Below are positions 1 to 10,008 of a DNA stretch of 62,688 nucleotides, in pieces (within the stretch, counting starts at the first letter, position 1; every line of letters starts with the position of its first letter). Source of the stretch: Paracoccaceae bacterium (GTDB lineage: Bacteria > Pseudomonadota > Alphaproteobacteria > Rhodobacterales > Rhodobacteraceae). The stretch covers positions 1-62,688 of the forward strand of contig SPJP01000021.1 in NCBI GenBank assembly GCA_006844665.1, given 5' to 3'. The notes below the pieces were generated by a model that was not told the DNA's origin, did no database searches, and saw only the letters and a list, made by a program, of their open reading frames with translations. The translations under genes and the position numbers were made by a program.

Positions 1-111
1 ATTCTGGTCGGCCTCGGCGCAGGGCCCTTGTTCGACATTGCTGAACGCGCCGCAGTCACTTTGCTTGATCCATCCGTCTATGTCGCCACTGTGCTAGGGG
101 GCCAACCATGA
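1..111 (+). CDS. mrpD: Mrp/Pha Na+(K+)/H+ antiporter subunit D, C-terminal fragment (gene starts before the window)
   Basis: Frame 1 reads ILVGLGAGPLFDIAERAAVTLLDPSVYVATVLGGQP*, a typical MrpD C-terminus; its TGA overlaps the mrpE ATG (ATGA). Confidence 0.7.
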   Translation: MLVGLGAGPLFDIAERAAVTLLDPSVYVATVLGGQP

Positions 112-446
112 GACTTGTTCACCGTATTTGGGCGTCATGTTCCTTGTTCGTATATTTCATGTACGAGCTTATCGTTTCTTCAATCAGAGTGGCCTGGGAT
201 GTTTTGACCCCGACCAGCTACGCCCGCCCGGGGTTTATCAGCGTGCCGATGGCTGCCAAATCCGACGCCGAGCTGATGCTGACTGCCAATCTGGTCTCGC
301 TGACACCGGGGACGTTGTCGGTCGATTTTAATGAAAGCAACAGCCACCTGTTGGTCCATGCGATGTTTGGCGCGGCAGACCCAGAAGGCGAAGTACGCGC
401 CCTGAAACAAGGGATCGAACGCCGTGTTCTGAAGGCGACAAGATGA
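108..446 (+). CDS. mrpE: Na+/H+ antiporter subunit E
   Basis: ANLVSLTPGTLSVD and LLVHAM are MnhE motifs; operon position fits. Confidence 0.9.
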   Translation: MRLVHRIWASCSLFVYFMYELIVSSIRVAWDVLTPTSYARPGFISVPMAAKSDAELMLTANLVSLTPGTLSVDFNESNSHLLVHAMFGAADPEGEVRALKQGIERRVLKATR

Positions 447-811
447 TGGATAGCAGCATGGTTGATCAAATCGGTCAGATCTTACTAGCCACCCGTCAAG
501 ACGGCGTCCTGGGCGTGGCGGTTTTGTTTGCGTTTGTTTGCGTCACGATCTCTTTGGTTTTGGCCACAGTGCGTTTGCTGCGCGGGCCGACCTTGCCCGA
601 CAGGGTGGTTGCGCTGGATCTGATCTCGGTCCAGTTGGTGGCACTGCTGACGTTGTTCGCGCTGTCCAGTCAGGTGGCCACCTACATGGATGCCGCCTTG
701 GTTCTAGCCTTGGTTGCGTTTTTGGGCACCGTGGCACTGGCCCGTTTCACGTTGCGGTCTGGTCGCGACTATTCCCGCCCGGATGCACAGGAACAAAAGG
801 AATCGTTATGA
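443..811 (+). CDS. mrpF: Na+/H+ antiporter subunit F
   Basis: RLLRGPTLPDRVVALD motif, three TM helices, overlapping start/stop. Confidence 0.9.
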   Translation: MMDSSMVDQIGQILLATRQDGVLGVAVLFAFVCVTISLVLATVRLLRGPTLPDRVVALDLISVQLVALLTLFALSSQVATYMDAALVLALVAFLGTVALARFTLRSGRDYSRPDAQEQKESL

Positions 812-1170
812 TTTGGTATGATTGGATTGCGGCGGCCTTTTTGGTCGGCGGCGGGTTTTTCACCTTGATCGCAGGGATCGGCATTTTGCGTATGCAAGAC
901 GTATACCTACGAATGCACGCATCCACCAAAGCGGGGACTTTAGGAGTTGGCATGATCTGCGCCGCCGTCGCGATCGAAATGGGCGGCCAAACAGCGGTCG
1001 AGGCTGTGGCCGTCATGATGTTTCTGCTGTTCACTGCTCCCATCGGCGCGCATTTAATCGCGCGCGCGGCCTGGCGGTCCAAAGTACCGCTCTGGACAGA
1101 TGCCGGCAAAGACCAGGTTTTGGCAGAGTTTGCGCCAAGTGATGAAGACAAAGGCAAAACGGGTCTGTAG
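808..1170 (+). CDS. mrpG: Na+/H+ antiporter subunit G
   Basis: DVYLRMHASTKAGTLG and TAPIGAHLIARAA motifs; start moved to ATG 808, which overlaps the mrpF stop. Confidence 0.9.
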   Translation: MIWYDWIAAAFLVGGGFFTLIAGIGILRMQDVYLRMHASTKAGTLGVGMICAAVAIEMGGQTAVEAVAVMMFLLFTAPIGAHLIARAAWRSKVPLWTDAGKDQVLAEFAPSDEDKGKTGL

Positions 1171-1237
1171 CCGCTCAATGCGGCAATAATGACTGTCCGC
1201 TCTTTTCCTTGGTCGGTTGCATTGCTAGCGTCGGGCT

Positions 1238-1831
1238 ATGTTTGAACTCGACCATCTGGCGATCTCCGCCACCGAATTAGAGGCGGGCGCGTCCTGGCTG
1301 TCTGAAAAGCTGGGCGTGCCTTTGCAAGCGGGCGGCCAGCACGGCGCCATGGGCACTCATAACCAATTGCTGGCCCTTGGCGATCTGTACCTAGAGGTTA
1401 TCGCAATTGACCCAAATGCTCCAAGCCCGGCCTATCCGCGTTGGTTTGATCTGGACCATTTCCAAGGTGGGCCACGGCTGACCAACTGGATTGTACGGTG
1501 CCCGGATATGGAACAGGGGCTGGCGGGAATGCCCGAAGGCACCGGCACGCCGATGTCGTTGGAACGCGGGGATCTGCGCTGGCAGATGGCGGTTCCGGAA
1601 GCAGGGATTCTGCCCCTAGATGGGGTCGGCCCGGCCTTGATCACATGGCAGGGCGACGCACACCCAGCGCCCCGGCTGACGGACCAAGCGACAAGGTTAA
1701 AGCAACTATATGTCTCGCACCCTGATATTGGCCAATTGCCGGGTTTGGACGACCAGAGGGTCGTTTACGAAACGGGGCCCGCAGGGCTTCGCGCCGTATT
1801 CGACACCCCAAAGGGCGAGGTCACGATATGA
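1238..1831 (+). CDS. VOC/glyoxalase-like family protein
   Basis: LDHLAI, GGQHGAMGTHN and YLEVIAIDP motifs of the Glyoxalase_3-like family. Confidence 0.85.
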   Translation: MFELDHLAISATELEAGASWLSEKLGVPLQAGGQHGAMGTHNQLLALGDLYLEVIAIDPNAPSPAYPRWFDLDHFQGGPRLTNWIVRCPDMEQGLAGMPEGTGTPMSLERGDLRWQMAVPEAGILPLDGVGPALITWQGDAHPAPRLTDQATRLKQLYVSHPDIGQLPGLDDQRVVYETGPAGLRAVFDTPKGEVTI

Positions 1832-2313
1832 TACGCAAAGCCCGTCCAGACGATGCGGCGGCCATTGCTGCCCTGCTGGAACCCGTGGTGCTGGACACTA
1901 CGATAACGTTTCTGTCGACCCCGAAAACGCCCGCCGACATCCAGGCTGAAATGGCCTCGAAAGAAGCGGCAGGCCACGCAATGTTCGTGGCCGAAGACAA
2001 TGGCGCGGTGCTGGGCATGGTGGGTTACGGCCAGTTTCGGGGCGGCAACGGTTATGCCCATGCCTATGAACACACCATCGTTCTGGCACCCGAAGCGCGG
2101 GGCAAGGGCCTTGGGTCAACATTGATGCAGACCGTGGAAGATCACGCGCGGTCCAGCGGGGGGCACACGCTTTGGGCTGGGCTCAGCGGTGAAAACCTAA
2201 GGGCCAAAGCTTTCCACGCGCGGCTTGGGTTTGAAACAATGGCTGTCTTGCCCGAGGTCGGCCGCAAATTTGATCGCTGGTTGGATCTGGTTTTGATGCG
2301 CAAACTGTTGTGA
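1828..2313 (+). CDS. GNAT N-acetyltransferase (phosphinothricin/methionine sulfoximine acetyltransferase-like)
   Basis: ARGKGLG acetyl-CoA motif and C-terminal EVGRKFDRWLDL. Confidence 0.85.
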   Translation: MIRKARPDDAAAIAALLEPVVLDTTITFLSTPKTPADIQAEMASKEAAGHAMFVAEDNGAVLGMVGYGQFRGGNGYAHAYEHTIVLAPEARGKGLGSTLMQTVEDHARSSGGHTLWAGLSGENLRAKAFHARLGFETMAVLPEVGRKFDRWLDLVLMRKLL

Positions 2314-2343
2314 CTGACCGCGTGCTCTGCTTAACCTAAGCCC

Positions 2344-3033
2344 ATGTCTATTTGGTCCCGCATTGCAGACGCGCTGGCTGCTCTTACAGCAGGCGAAAGC
2401 CTATCGAACGTGTTCGAGCAATTGCGCACGCCTCCGGAACGCACGGTTGCCTTTACCATCGCGGTGATTGCACTTGGCGCAAAGATGGCCAAGGCTGACG
2501 GTATCGTCACCCGGGACGAAGTTATGGCCTTTCGCGAGGTGTTCACCATCCCGCCTTCGGCTGAAGCAGGCGCCGCAAAGGTGTTCAACATGGCCCGGAC
2601 GGACGTCACTGGATACGAAGAATACGCCGCAAGGATCGCCCGGATGTACTCGGGAACCCCGGATGCCAGCCCGCTGGTCGATCTAATGGAAGGCCTGTTC
2701 CACATTGCCGTGGCCGACGGTCAGTACCACCCGAACGAGGATGCATTTCTAACCGATGTGGGCCAGATTTTCGGTCTAACCGACCGCTGCTTTACCAGAC
2801 TTCGGGCGCAATACGTGCCAGATGCCGAAGCAGATCCTTATGATCTGTTGGGCGTTGAACCTGACATGTCGCTGAAAGAAATTCGCAGTGTGTGGCGTAG
2901 CCAAGTGCGCGACACCCATCCCGATGCCATGCTCGCCCGCGGCGTTCCGGAGGAGGCCGTGAAAATCGCCGAACGCAAGCTGATCGCGATCAATCGCGCC
3001 TGGGAAACCATCCAAGCGCAAAAGGCGGCCTGA
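2344..3033 (+). CDS. djlA: DjlA-type co-chaperone (TerB + DnaJ domains)
   Basis: AKMAKADG TerB motif; C-terminal J domain with HPD. Confidence 0.85.
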   Translation: MSIWSRIADALAALTAGESLSNVFEQLRTPPERTVAFTIAVIALGAKMAKADGIVTRDEVMAFREVFTIPPSAEAGAAKVFNMARTDVTGYEEYAARIARMYSGTPDASPLVDLMEGLFHIAVADGQYHPNEDAFLTDVGQIFGLTDRCFTRLRAQYVPDAEADPYDLLGVEPDMSLKEIRSVWRSQVRDTHPDAMLARGVPEEAVKIAERKLIAINRAWETIQAQKAA

Positions 3034-3037
3034 TCCC

Positions 3038-4048
3038 GTGCGGCTGGCCACCTATAATGTGGAATGGTTCAGCTCTCTGTTCGACGATGATGACAATTTG
3101 CTGGATGATGACGGCTGGTCCGGCAGACGCGATGTGACCCGCGCTCAGCAATTGGCTGCATTGGGCCATGTGTTCGGGCGCTTGGATGCGGACGCCGTTA
3201 TGGTGATCGAGGCCCCGGACCAAGGGCGGCACAGATCCACCGTTAAGGCGCTGCAGGGCTTTTCTGAAAAGTTCGGTCTGCGGGCGCGATCTGCAATGAT
3301 CGGGTTTTCCAACGACACTCAGCAAGAAATCGCGCTGCTGTATGATCCGGACAGCATCACGCCCCGCCATGATCCTCGTCAAAGCGAGGATGCGCCTTAT
3401 TTCGACCAGGTCCTTGGGCTGGACGTGGATGTTGATGCCAACTTGGACCCGATCCGGTTTTCCAAACCTCCGCTAGAGCTGTCGGTAGAAACCGCCAGCG
3501 GCTTTGCCTTTCGAATGATCGGGGTCCATGCCAAATCCAAGGCCCCCCATGGCGCGCGCACTGACGCCGAGGCGACCCGGATTTCCATTCAGAACCGGCG
3601 CAAGCAGTTGGCCCAATGCATCTGGCTAAGGCGCCGTGTCTTGACCCATTTGAACGATGGCGACCCGCTGGTCGTGCTGGGGGATTTCAACGATGGCCCG
3701 GGTATCGATGAATACGAAGAATTATTCGGCCATTCCGGCGTGGAAATCGTCTTGGGCACCGATTTCAAGGCCGAAACCCAGCTTTTTGATCCCCATGTCG
3801 CCATGGCCCTGCAGCGCCGCCTGGGCGCGCAGCCGACAACAGCGCGGTTCTTTAACTGGCATACTAAACGGTATCTGTCAGCGCTGCTGGACTATATCAT
3901 GGTGTCGCCGGACATAGCGGCCATGAAGCCAAGCTGGTCGATCTGGCATCCGTTCGACGATCCGGCATGTTGGCGGGACGAAGACTTGCGCCACGCGCTT
4001 TTGACGGCCTCGGACCATTTTCCGGTGACGATGGATCTGGACGTGTAG
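3038..4048 (+). CDS. Endonuclease/exonuclease/phosphatase family protein
   Basis: ATYNVE, HAKSK, GDFND, LDYI and SDHFPV motifs; GTG start. Confidence 0.9.
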   Translation: MRLATYNVEWFSSLFDDDDNLLDDDGWSGRRDVTRAQQLAALGHVFGRLDADAVMVIEAPDQGRHRSTVKALQGFSEKFGLRARSAMIGFSNDTQQEIALLYDPDSITPRHDPRQSEDAPYFDQVLGLDVDVDANLDPIRFSKPPLELSVETASGFAFRMIGVHAKSKAPHGARTDAEATRISIQNRRKQLAQCIWLRRRVLTHLNDGDPLVVLGDFNDGPGIDEYEELFGHSGVEIVLGTDFKAETQLFDPHVAMALQRRLGAQPTTARFFNWHTKRYLSALLDYIMVSPDIAAMKPSWSIWHPFDDPACWRDEDLRHALLTASDHFPVTMDLDV

Positions 4049-4050
4049 GA

Positions 4051-5595
4051 CTAGCCGCGCTGCTTTTTGACGGCTGTTTGCGCATCCAAAGCTTTGGCCA
4101 AAGACATAAACCGCGCCTCGGCGACCTCGCCGAACAGATCTTGATTGTCGGGCGTCAGACGCAGCTCTAGTAATTTCTTCTTCGGGAAATGTGCCAAATT
4201 TCCCACTTGGGACGGTTTCATCGCCGCGAACATGGCCCCAAAGCGCAAGGCTTTGCCCAAGACCTCAGCATCTTGCGCCATCTGGGGCGAGATCATGTCG
4301 AACAAGGGTTCAAATCGGCTGCCTTCCCGGCTGTTTTTGTACCGGTGCAGAAGGGCCATACCCAGAAAAATACGTTCACTATGGGCCAATCCGCCTAAAT
4401 TGGCTTGGGTCGCGATGTCAAACACAACCTCGGACCGGTAATCTGGGTGGGCCCGCCAGCTGACGTCGTGCAACAGGCAAGCGGCCTTTACCAGACGCAG
4501 CCGGGGATATTTCGCGGATTTGTAAAGTGGGCGCAGAAATTCAAACAATGTCCGCCCAAACCCGGGCATACGCGCGCTGCGTTGTTCTGCAAAACGGCAA
4601 GCTTCAATCAACGGGTCCCGGCCACGTAGGTCTACGGGCATCTGTTCATACAGCAAACCTTCGCGAATTCCGTAACTTGAAATTGCGATATCTGTGGGTT
4701 TGAAGGTGGCCAGTAGGGGGCGCAGGACCTCCATCGCTTTGGGAACAAGTGAAATCCGAGCGTTGGAAATGCCTGTTTGCGCGCGCAAATCTTCCAGATC
4801 GTTTTCCTCGATCCAGTTCATGGTTTTGCGCACTTGTGAGCTGCTCATTTGGTATTCATGCAAAACGGTCAGTTGGTAACCCCGGCGCAGCATGTCTAGC
4901 CGGGCAAAGGCCCGCCAGGATCCCCCGACCAGATACAAACGCTTGCCGTGTACCGGGACAATTTCGGCCAGCGAAGCTATTTCCTTTTTGATGTGCTTGC
5001 GCAGCCCTTTGCGGCCTCCGCGTACATCGGCCAGCTTTAGCGGCCCCAGGGCCGAGGTCGCGCGGCGACCAATGTCCCCACCGGAAATTTCGGCGATCTC
5101 CATTGAAGAGCCGCCAATATCACACATCAATCCCTCGGCACCGGGCCAGCCCAGCAAAACACCTTGCCCAGACAAGCGAGCTTCTTCTTCGCCATTGATG
5201 ACGTTCAGGGTCAGACCGGTTTCGGCCAAAATCTCGGCCGCAAATTCCGGACCGTCGGTTGCTTCGCGCATGGCGGCTGTGGCCACCGCAACCAATGGGG
5301 ACACTTCCATCGCTTCGGCCAGTTTTACAAAGCGGATGAGTGCGGATTTGGCACGCACTCGGCCTTCTGGGTTCAGGATGCCACTGCTGGATAATCCTGC
5401 CCCAAGGCCACACATAACTTTTTCGTTGTAGAAATAGGCGGGCGACCGCGCAGCGCCGTCAAAAACCACCATCCGGACAGAGTTCGATCCGACGTCGATG
5501 ACACCCACACGCGACAGGTTTCGTGCCGCAGCGTCGGTAAACAAAGGGGAATCAAAAGGTCCCCAGTTCTGTTCTGGGGCAGGGGTGTTGACCAA
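4051..5595 (-). CDS. ppx: Exopolyphosphatase Ppx/GppA (long form, with HD domain)
   Basis: IDVGSNS, DIGGSS, GIREG and LLHD motifs; directly downstream of ppk; TTG start. Confidence 0.92.
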   Translation of the reverse strand: MVNTPAPEQNWGPFDSPLFTDAAARNLSRVGVIDVGSNSVRMVVFDGAARSPAYFYNEKVMCGLGAGLSSSGILNPEGRVRAKSALIRFVKLAEAMEVSPLVAVATAAMREATDGPEFAAEILAETGLTLNVINGEEEARLSGQGVLLGWPGAEGLMCDIGGSSMEIAEISGGDIGRRATSALGPLKLADVRGGRKGLRKHIKKEIASLAEIVPVHGKRLYLVGGSWRAFARLDMLRRGYQLTVLHEYQMSSSQVRKTMNWIEENDLEDLRAQTGISNARISLVPKAMEVLRPLLATFKPTDIAISSYGIREGLLYEQMPVDLRGRDPLIEACRFAEQRSARMPGFGRTLFEFLRPLYKSAKYPRLRLVKAACLLHDVSWRAHPDYRSEVVFDIATQANLGGLAHSERIFLGMALLHRYKNSREGSRFEPLFDMISPQMAQDAEVLGKALRFGAMFAAMKPSQVGNLAHFPKKKLLELRLTPDNQDLFGEVAEARFMSLAKALDAQTAVKKQRG

Positions 5596-5747
5596 GCCTG
5601 AGTTCCTCCGACATCTTGCTACGGCAGACCCCAGCCTAGCGGGTTCTGTGCCCCTCGTCGAACCAAATTCAATGGTTTTATGTCGCGGAGCTAAACCACC
5701 CCAACCCGGGGCGATTTAGCTCTTTCACAGACTTAGTTTAGTTGGCC

Positions 5748-7925
5748 TCAGTCGTCTTTCGAATGCGCCAGTCGCGGTACATCCGCAGCCCCTGCAGTGC
5801 CGCGTCCTGAAAGCGATGGGTTTTCCATAAAGAACTTGTGGCAGTTGAATAGATGGTCGTCTGGCCCACCTTTGGGTCGCATGGCTTCGCCGTCTGGGCC
5901 AAGAATCCAGCTTTGCGCTTCATCCGCCAGATTTGCCGCCATGACCTGGCCGACAATCTGGGCTTTGACGGTCGCGTTGCTGATTTCCACCAGGGTTTCC
6001 ACACGGCGGTTCAGGTTGCGGCCCATCCAATCGGCCGAGGAAATAAACACGCGTGCTTTCTTGGACGGCAGACCATGGCCGTTGCCAAAGCAAACGATGC
6101 GCGAATGTTCCAAGAACCGGCCAACCACGGATTTGACACGGATGTTTTCAGACAAGCCCTTGATGCCCGGGCGCACCCCGCAGATGCCGCGCACGATCAG
6201 GTTGATGCGCACCCCTTTGGACGAGGCATCATACAGGGCGTCGACCACATCGGGTTCCATGATGGAATTCATCTTGCACCAGATCTCGGCCGGGCGTCCG
6301 CGTTCTGCAAAATCGGCCTCTCGCCGGATCATGTCGATCAGGTTGTCTTTCATGCTAAGCGGCGAGATCGACAGGTTTTCCATCTCGGACGGCTGCGCAT
6401 ATCCGCCGACATAGTTAAAGATTTTGGTGGCATCGCGGCCCAGGGCAGCGTTGCAGCTGAAATGGCTTAGGTCGGTGTAAATCCGGGCCGTAATCGGATG
6501 ATAGTTGCCGGTGCCATAATGGGTATAGGTCACCAGTTTATTGCCTTCGCGGCGCACGACGATGCTGATCTTTGCGTGGGTTTTATAGTTTAGAAATCCG
6601 TAAACCACATGGGCGCCGGCCCGTTCCAGCCTGCGAGATTGGCGGATATTTGCGGCCTCGTCAAAACGGGCTTTTAGTTCAATAAGCGCTGTGACGGATT
6701 TGCCTTCTTCGGCGGCTTCGCACAGGGCGGCAACGATGGGACTGTCCCGAGAGGTTCGGTAAAGCGTTTGCTTGATTGCCACGACATTCGGGTCACGGGC
6801 GGCCTGTTGCAGGAACCGAACCACCATATCGAAGGTTTCGTACGGGTGATGCAGCAGCATGTCTTTTTGCTGAATCGCCGCGAACATATCGCCGTCATGG
6901 TCCTGCACGCGCTCAGGAACACGCGGGTTGAACTTGGGCCACAGCAGATCAGGTCGATCGTCGATCACCAGCTCTTTCAGGTCGGCCACGCCCAGGATGC
7001 CGCGCACCTCGATAACCTCGGCAGGGTCGACATGCAGCTCTTCGGTGATCACGTCGCGCAGGGCGTCGGGCGCGTTGGCAGATACCTGCAGACGTACCAC
7101 TTGCCCCCGGCGACGACGTTTTAGGGCCACCTCGAATTCACGCACCAGATCTTCGGCTTCGTCTTCAAGTTCCAGATCGCTGTCGCGCAGCAAACGGAAC
7201 GAACAATGCCCCTTCAGCACATGCCCCGGAAACAGCTGAGGCGTGAATTCCAACAGCAGTTCTTCCAAGGGTAGGAATCGGGCTTTGCCGCGTTTGTCTG
7301 GCAAGCGAATGAAGCGGTCGATCTGGCTGGGGATTGGCAGCAAGGCGCGCAAAGGGCGTTCATCTGTTTTACGCTCTAACGCCAATGCCAAGGAAAACCC
7401 AGTGTTCGGGATAAACGGGAACGGGTGGGCAGGGTCGATGGCCAGAGGCGACAAAACCGGGAAGACGTTGCTCATGTAAAAGTCGTTCAAGACTTCCATA
7501 TCTGACTTGGTCAGCTTCGAGCGGGTTAGCAGGATTATGTCTGCTTTTTCCATCTCGCGCTTTAGGGTCAGCCAAACTGTCTGCTGCTTGGCCATCAGTT
7601 TGCGCGCGTCGGTATTTATCAGAACCAGCTGTTCGGAAGGCGTTAACCCATCATAGGCCGGGGCGTTATTGCCCTTGCGCTCAAGCTCTCGTAATCCCGC
7701 GACCCTGACCGAGTAAAATTCGTCCAAGTTCGTTGCACTGATCGACAAAAACCGCAGGCGTTCTAACAAAGGCACCTTGGGGTTTTCAGCCTCGTCCAGA
7801 ACGCGCCAGTTGAAGCCAAGCCAACTAAGTTCACGGTTAAAAAACCGCTTTGGGCTGTCGCGGGTGATGTCGGGGCGCTCTACCGGTGTCGGAAAAGGTT
7901 CGTGCAGGAAATCAGCTTGAGTCAT
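5748..7925 (-). CDS. ppk1: Polyphosphate kinase 1
   Basis: FNRELSWL, ELKARFDE, KTHAK and GRFLEHSR motifs. Confidence 0.97.
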   Translation of the reverse strand: MTQADFLHEPFPTPVERPDITRDSPKRFFNRELSWLGFNWRVLDEAENPKVPLLERLRFLSISATNLDEFYSVRVAGLRELERKGNNAPAYDGLTPSEQLVLINTDARKLMAKQQTVWLTLKREMEKADIILLTRSKLTKSDMEVLNDFYMSNVFPVLSPLAIDPAHPFPFIPNTGFSLALALERKTDERPLRALLPIPSQIDRFIRLPDKRGKARFLPLEELLLEFTPQLFPGHVLKGHCSFRLLRDSDLELEDEAEDLVREFEVALKRRRRGQVVRLQVSANAPDALRDVITEELHVDPAEVIEVRGILGVADLKELVIDDRPDLLWPKFNPRVPERVQDHDGDMFAAIQQKDMLLHHPYETFDMVVRFLQQAARDPNVVAIKQTLYRTSRDSPIVAALCEAAEEGKSVTALIELKARFDEAANIRQSRRLERAGAHVVYGFLNYKTHAKISIVVRREGNKLVTYTHYGTGNYHPITARIYTDLSHFSCNAALGRDATKIFNYVGGYAQPSEMENLSISPLSMKDNLIDMIRREADFAERGRPAEIWCKMNSIMEPDVVDALYDASSKGVRINLIVRGICGVRPGIKGLSENIRVKSVVGRFLEHSRIVCFGNGHGLPSKKARVFISSADWMGRNLNRRVETLVEISNATVKAQIVGQVMAANLADEAQSWILGPDGEAMRPKGGPDDHLFNCHKFFMENPSLSGRGTAGAADVPRLAHSKDD

Positions 7926-8030
7926 GAAATCAGTCTACCCCTGTGATATGACAGGAAAAAGACGCTATCGCCTAAAGCAGCAGATTAGTCGCCGTTTTTT
8001 GCTGATCGGGGCAGAATTTCGGCGGTTGGC

Positions 8031-8705
8031 CTATCCTAAAACCTCGACCGCAAGCTTTCTTCCAATCTTTCGGTTCCCTTCCAACGCGCGTTTGTCAATT
8101 TCTGCGACGACGCGGCCCGCTTCGACAAAGCTGCGTTCCATATGCAGGACCAGATATTCGATCATCTGAGCAGGCGGTACAATCTGGCGGTCTTGGAACA
8201 GTTTCACCAAAACATGGGTCAAAAGCGCGTCATCTGGCGGCGACAGGGCGGCCACGGTCGTCGCTTGCATGCGGCTGGCCAGATCAGGCAAGGTAAGTGC
8301 CCAGCGCGCGGGGGCATTTTCCCCTGTCATCAACAGAAAGCCTTGGCTGGATGCTGCCGCGTTGTGCAGATGAAACAGGGCTTCTTCCGCGTCTGTGTCT
8401 CCCGCAATCTTGGGCACATCTTCGACGACCAGGCAGCTGCCAGGCTGTTCGGGCAAAGGAAGATCTGTAATTTCAGTCGCGGGGATGATCTGGGCGCCAG
8501 AGAGTTCAGACCACACAGATGCCAAATGCGTCTTGCCTGATCCGGCAGGGCCGACCAGGGCCAGCTTGCCCTTGGGCCAGGTTTTCCACGCGTCAATCAT
8601 CGCCACGGCTTGGGCGTTGGACTCTGACACCGAAAACGTTTCGCGGCCCAAGGCCGTGCGCACTGGCAGGTCAAAGGCCATCTGTGTCGATTTTTCAGTC
8701 GTCAT
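8031..8705 (-). CDS. hdaA: DnaA regulatory inactivator HdaA
   Basis: N-terminal clamp-binding-like QMAFDL, Walker A GPAGSGKT and PDLASR; start moved to ATG 8705. Confidence 0.85.
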   Translation of the reverse strand: MTTEKSTQMAFDLPVRTALGRETFSVSESNAQAVAMIDAWKTWPKGKLALVGPAGSGKTHLASVWSELSGAQIIPATEITDLPLPEQPGSCLVVEDVPKIAGDTDAEEALFHLHNAAASSQGFLLMTGENAPARWALTLPDLASRMQATTVAALSPPDDALLTHVLVKLFQDRQIVPPAQMIEYLVLHMERSFVEAGRVVAEIDKRALEGNRKIGRKLAVEVLG

Positions 8706-8706
8706 T

Positions 8707-9783
8707 TTACAGGCCGTCCGTATCCCGCTTTTCCGCCAAACCGCGATAGAGCCGACCGTCGATATATTGGGCCACAGCGAAACGTGCGATAACGCCGAGC
8801 ATTGCGGCGACAGGAACGGCGACCAACATGCCGACAAAGCCGAACAAAGACCCGAAAGCCGACAAAGAGAATAGCAACCAAACGGGATGCAGCCCGACAG
8901 ATTTGCCGACGAGCTTTGGGGTCAGGTAGTTGCCCTCGATCATCTGACCGGCAATGAAAATGACAGCCACGGCGGCAATCATGTGGGGTTTGTCCCAGAA
9001 CTGGAACAAGGCCAGCCCGATCGACAAGCTGCCCCCCACTAAGGATCCAACATAAGGGATAAATGTCAAAAGCCCGGCAATCGCGCCAATGACCATACCG
9101 AACTGCAGGCCCACGATCATCAAGGCAATGGCATAGAACGCGCCCAAAATCAGACAAACGGTCAACTGACCCCGCACGAAAGAAGACAGCACCGCGTCGA
9201 CCTCACTGGCCAGTTTGCGAACGGTGGCTACATAGTCACGCGGCAGAATGGAATCTATCCGGGCCACCATGTTATCCCAGTCCAGCAACATGTAGATGGT
9301 GACCACGGGGACAACGACAATAAAAATCAGCGCGTTGATCACCGACACGGCCGAGGCCAAAACCTGATTGGCAACCAGATCCCCCTTCGACTGAATAAGT
9401 GCGCCCAGGCTGGCAAGCGACTGGCGCAGCGTGCTTTCGGGGTCGTTCAGGGATGGGAACCGCTCTGACAAAAACGCCTGAAGCTTTGAAAACAACTCGG
9501 GTGCGATATTCACCAAGGCAACCAGTTGTTCGATCATCAAAGGGATGATCAGCAACGCCATGATCACGAACACCCCGAACATCACAACGGAAATCACAGC
9601 GGTCGCCAGCGCGCGGCTAAAGCCCAGACTTTCTAGCCAATCTGCAAGCGGGTCCAGAAAGTAGGCGATTGCACCACCAACAATAAACGGCAGCATCACG
9701 CTGCCCAACAGCCAAAGCGTCAGGAAGAACGCGACCGCGGCAGCCCCCCAATACAGGGCTTGTAGTCGAACGGGTAGGGCCAT
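8707..9783 (-). CDS. AI-2E family transporter (PerM-like)
   Basis: Multi-TM protein with FVRGQ, FIPYVG and EGNYLTPKLVGKSVGLHPV; start moved to ATG 9783. Confidence 0.9.
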   Translation of the reverse strand: MALPVRLQALYWGAAAVAFFLTLWLLGSVMLPFIVGGAIAYFLDPLADWLESLGFSRALATAVISVVMFGVFVIMALLIIPLMIEQLVALVNIAPELFSKLQAFLSERFPSLNDPESTLRQSLASLGALIQSKGDLVANQVLASAVSVINALIFIVVVPVVTIYMLLDWDNMVARIDSILPRDYVATVRKLASEVDAVLSSFVRGQLTVCLILGAFYAIALMIVGLQFGMVIGAIAGLLTFIPYVGSLVGGSLSIGLALFQFWDKPHMIAAVAVIFIAGQMIEGNYLTPKLVGKSVGLHPVWLLFSLSAFGSLFGFVGMLVAVPVAAMLGVIARFAVAQYIDGRLYRGLAEKRDTDGL

Positions 9784-10008
9784 GGTCAAACTCTCCGGGC
9801 GTGTCGCGATTTGCAAAGCATTCCTTTGATGTGGCGTACCGTGCAAAGCGTGACAACCCACGCGGAATAAAATCACCGAAAAATGCCACGATATTTGACG
9901 TTTCACGCTTTGAACGGGCGAATATCCTGTGCAACACGACAGCCTGCGTTGCTCGCCCGACTTGTATGGCCTAGAAGCAGCCTAACAGATTTCCACGAAA
10001 GAGACCCC

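Noticed and set aside
7940-7970. Pho-box-like CTGTCAT upstream of ppk1
   Set aside because: Only one good half-site; the second 11-bp repeat is too degenerate to call.
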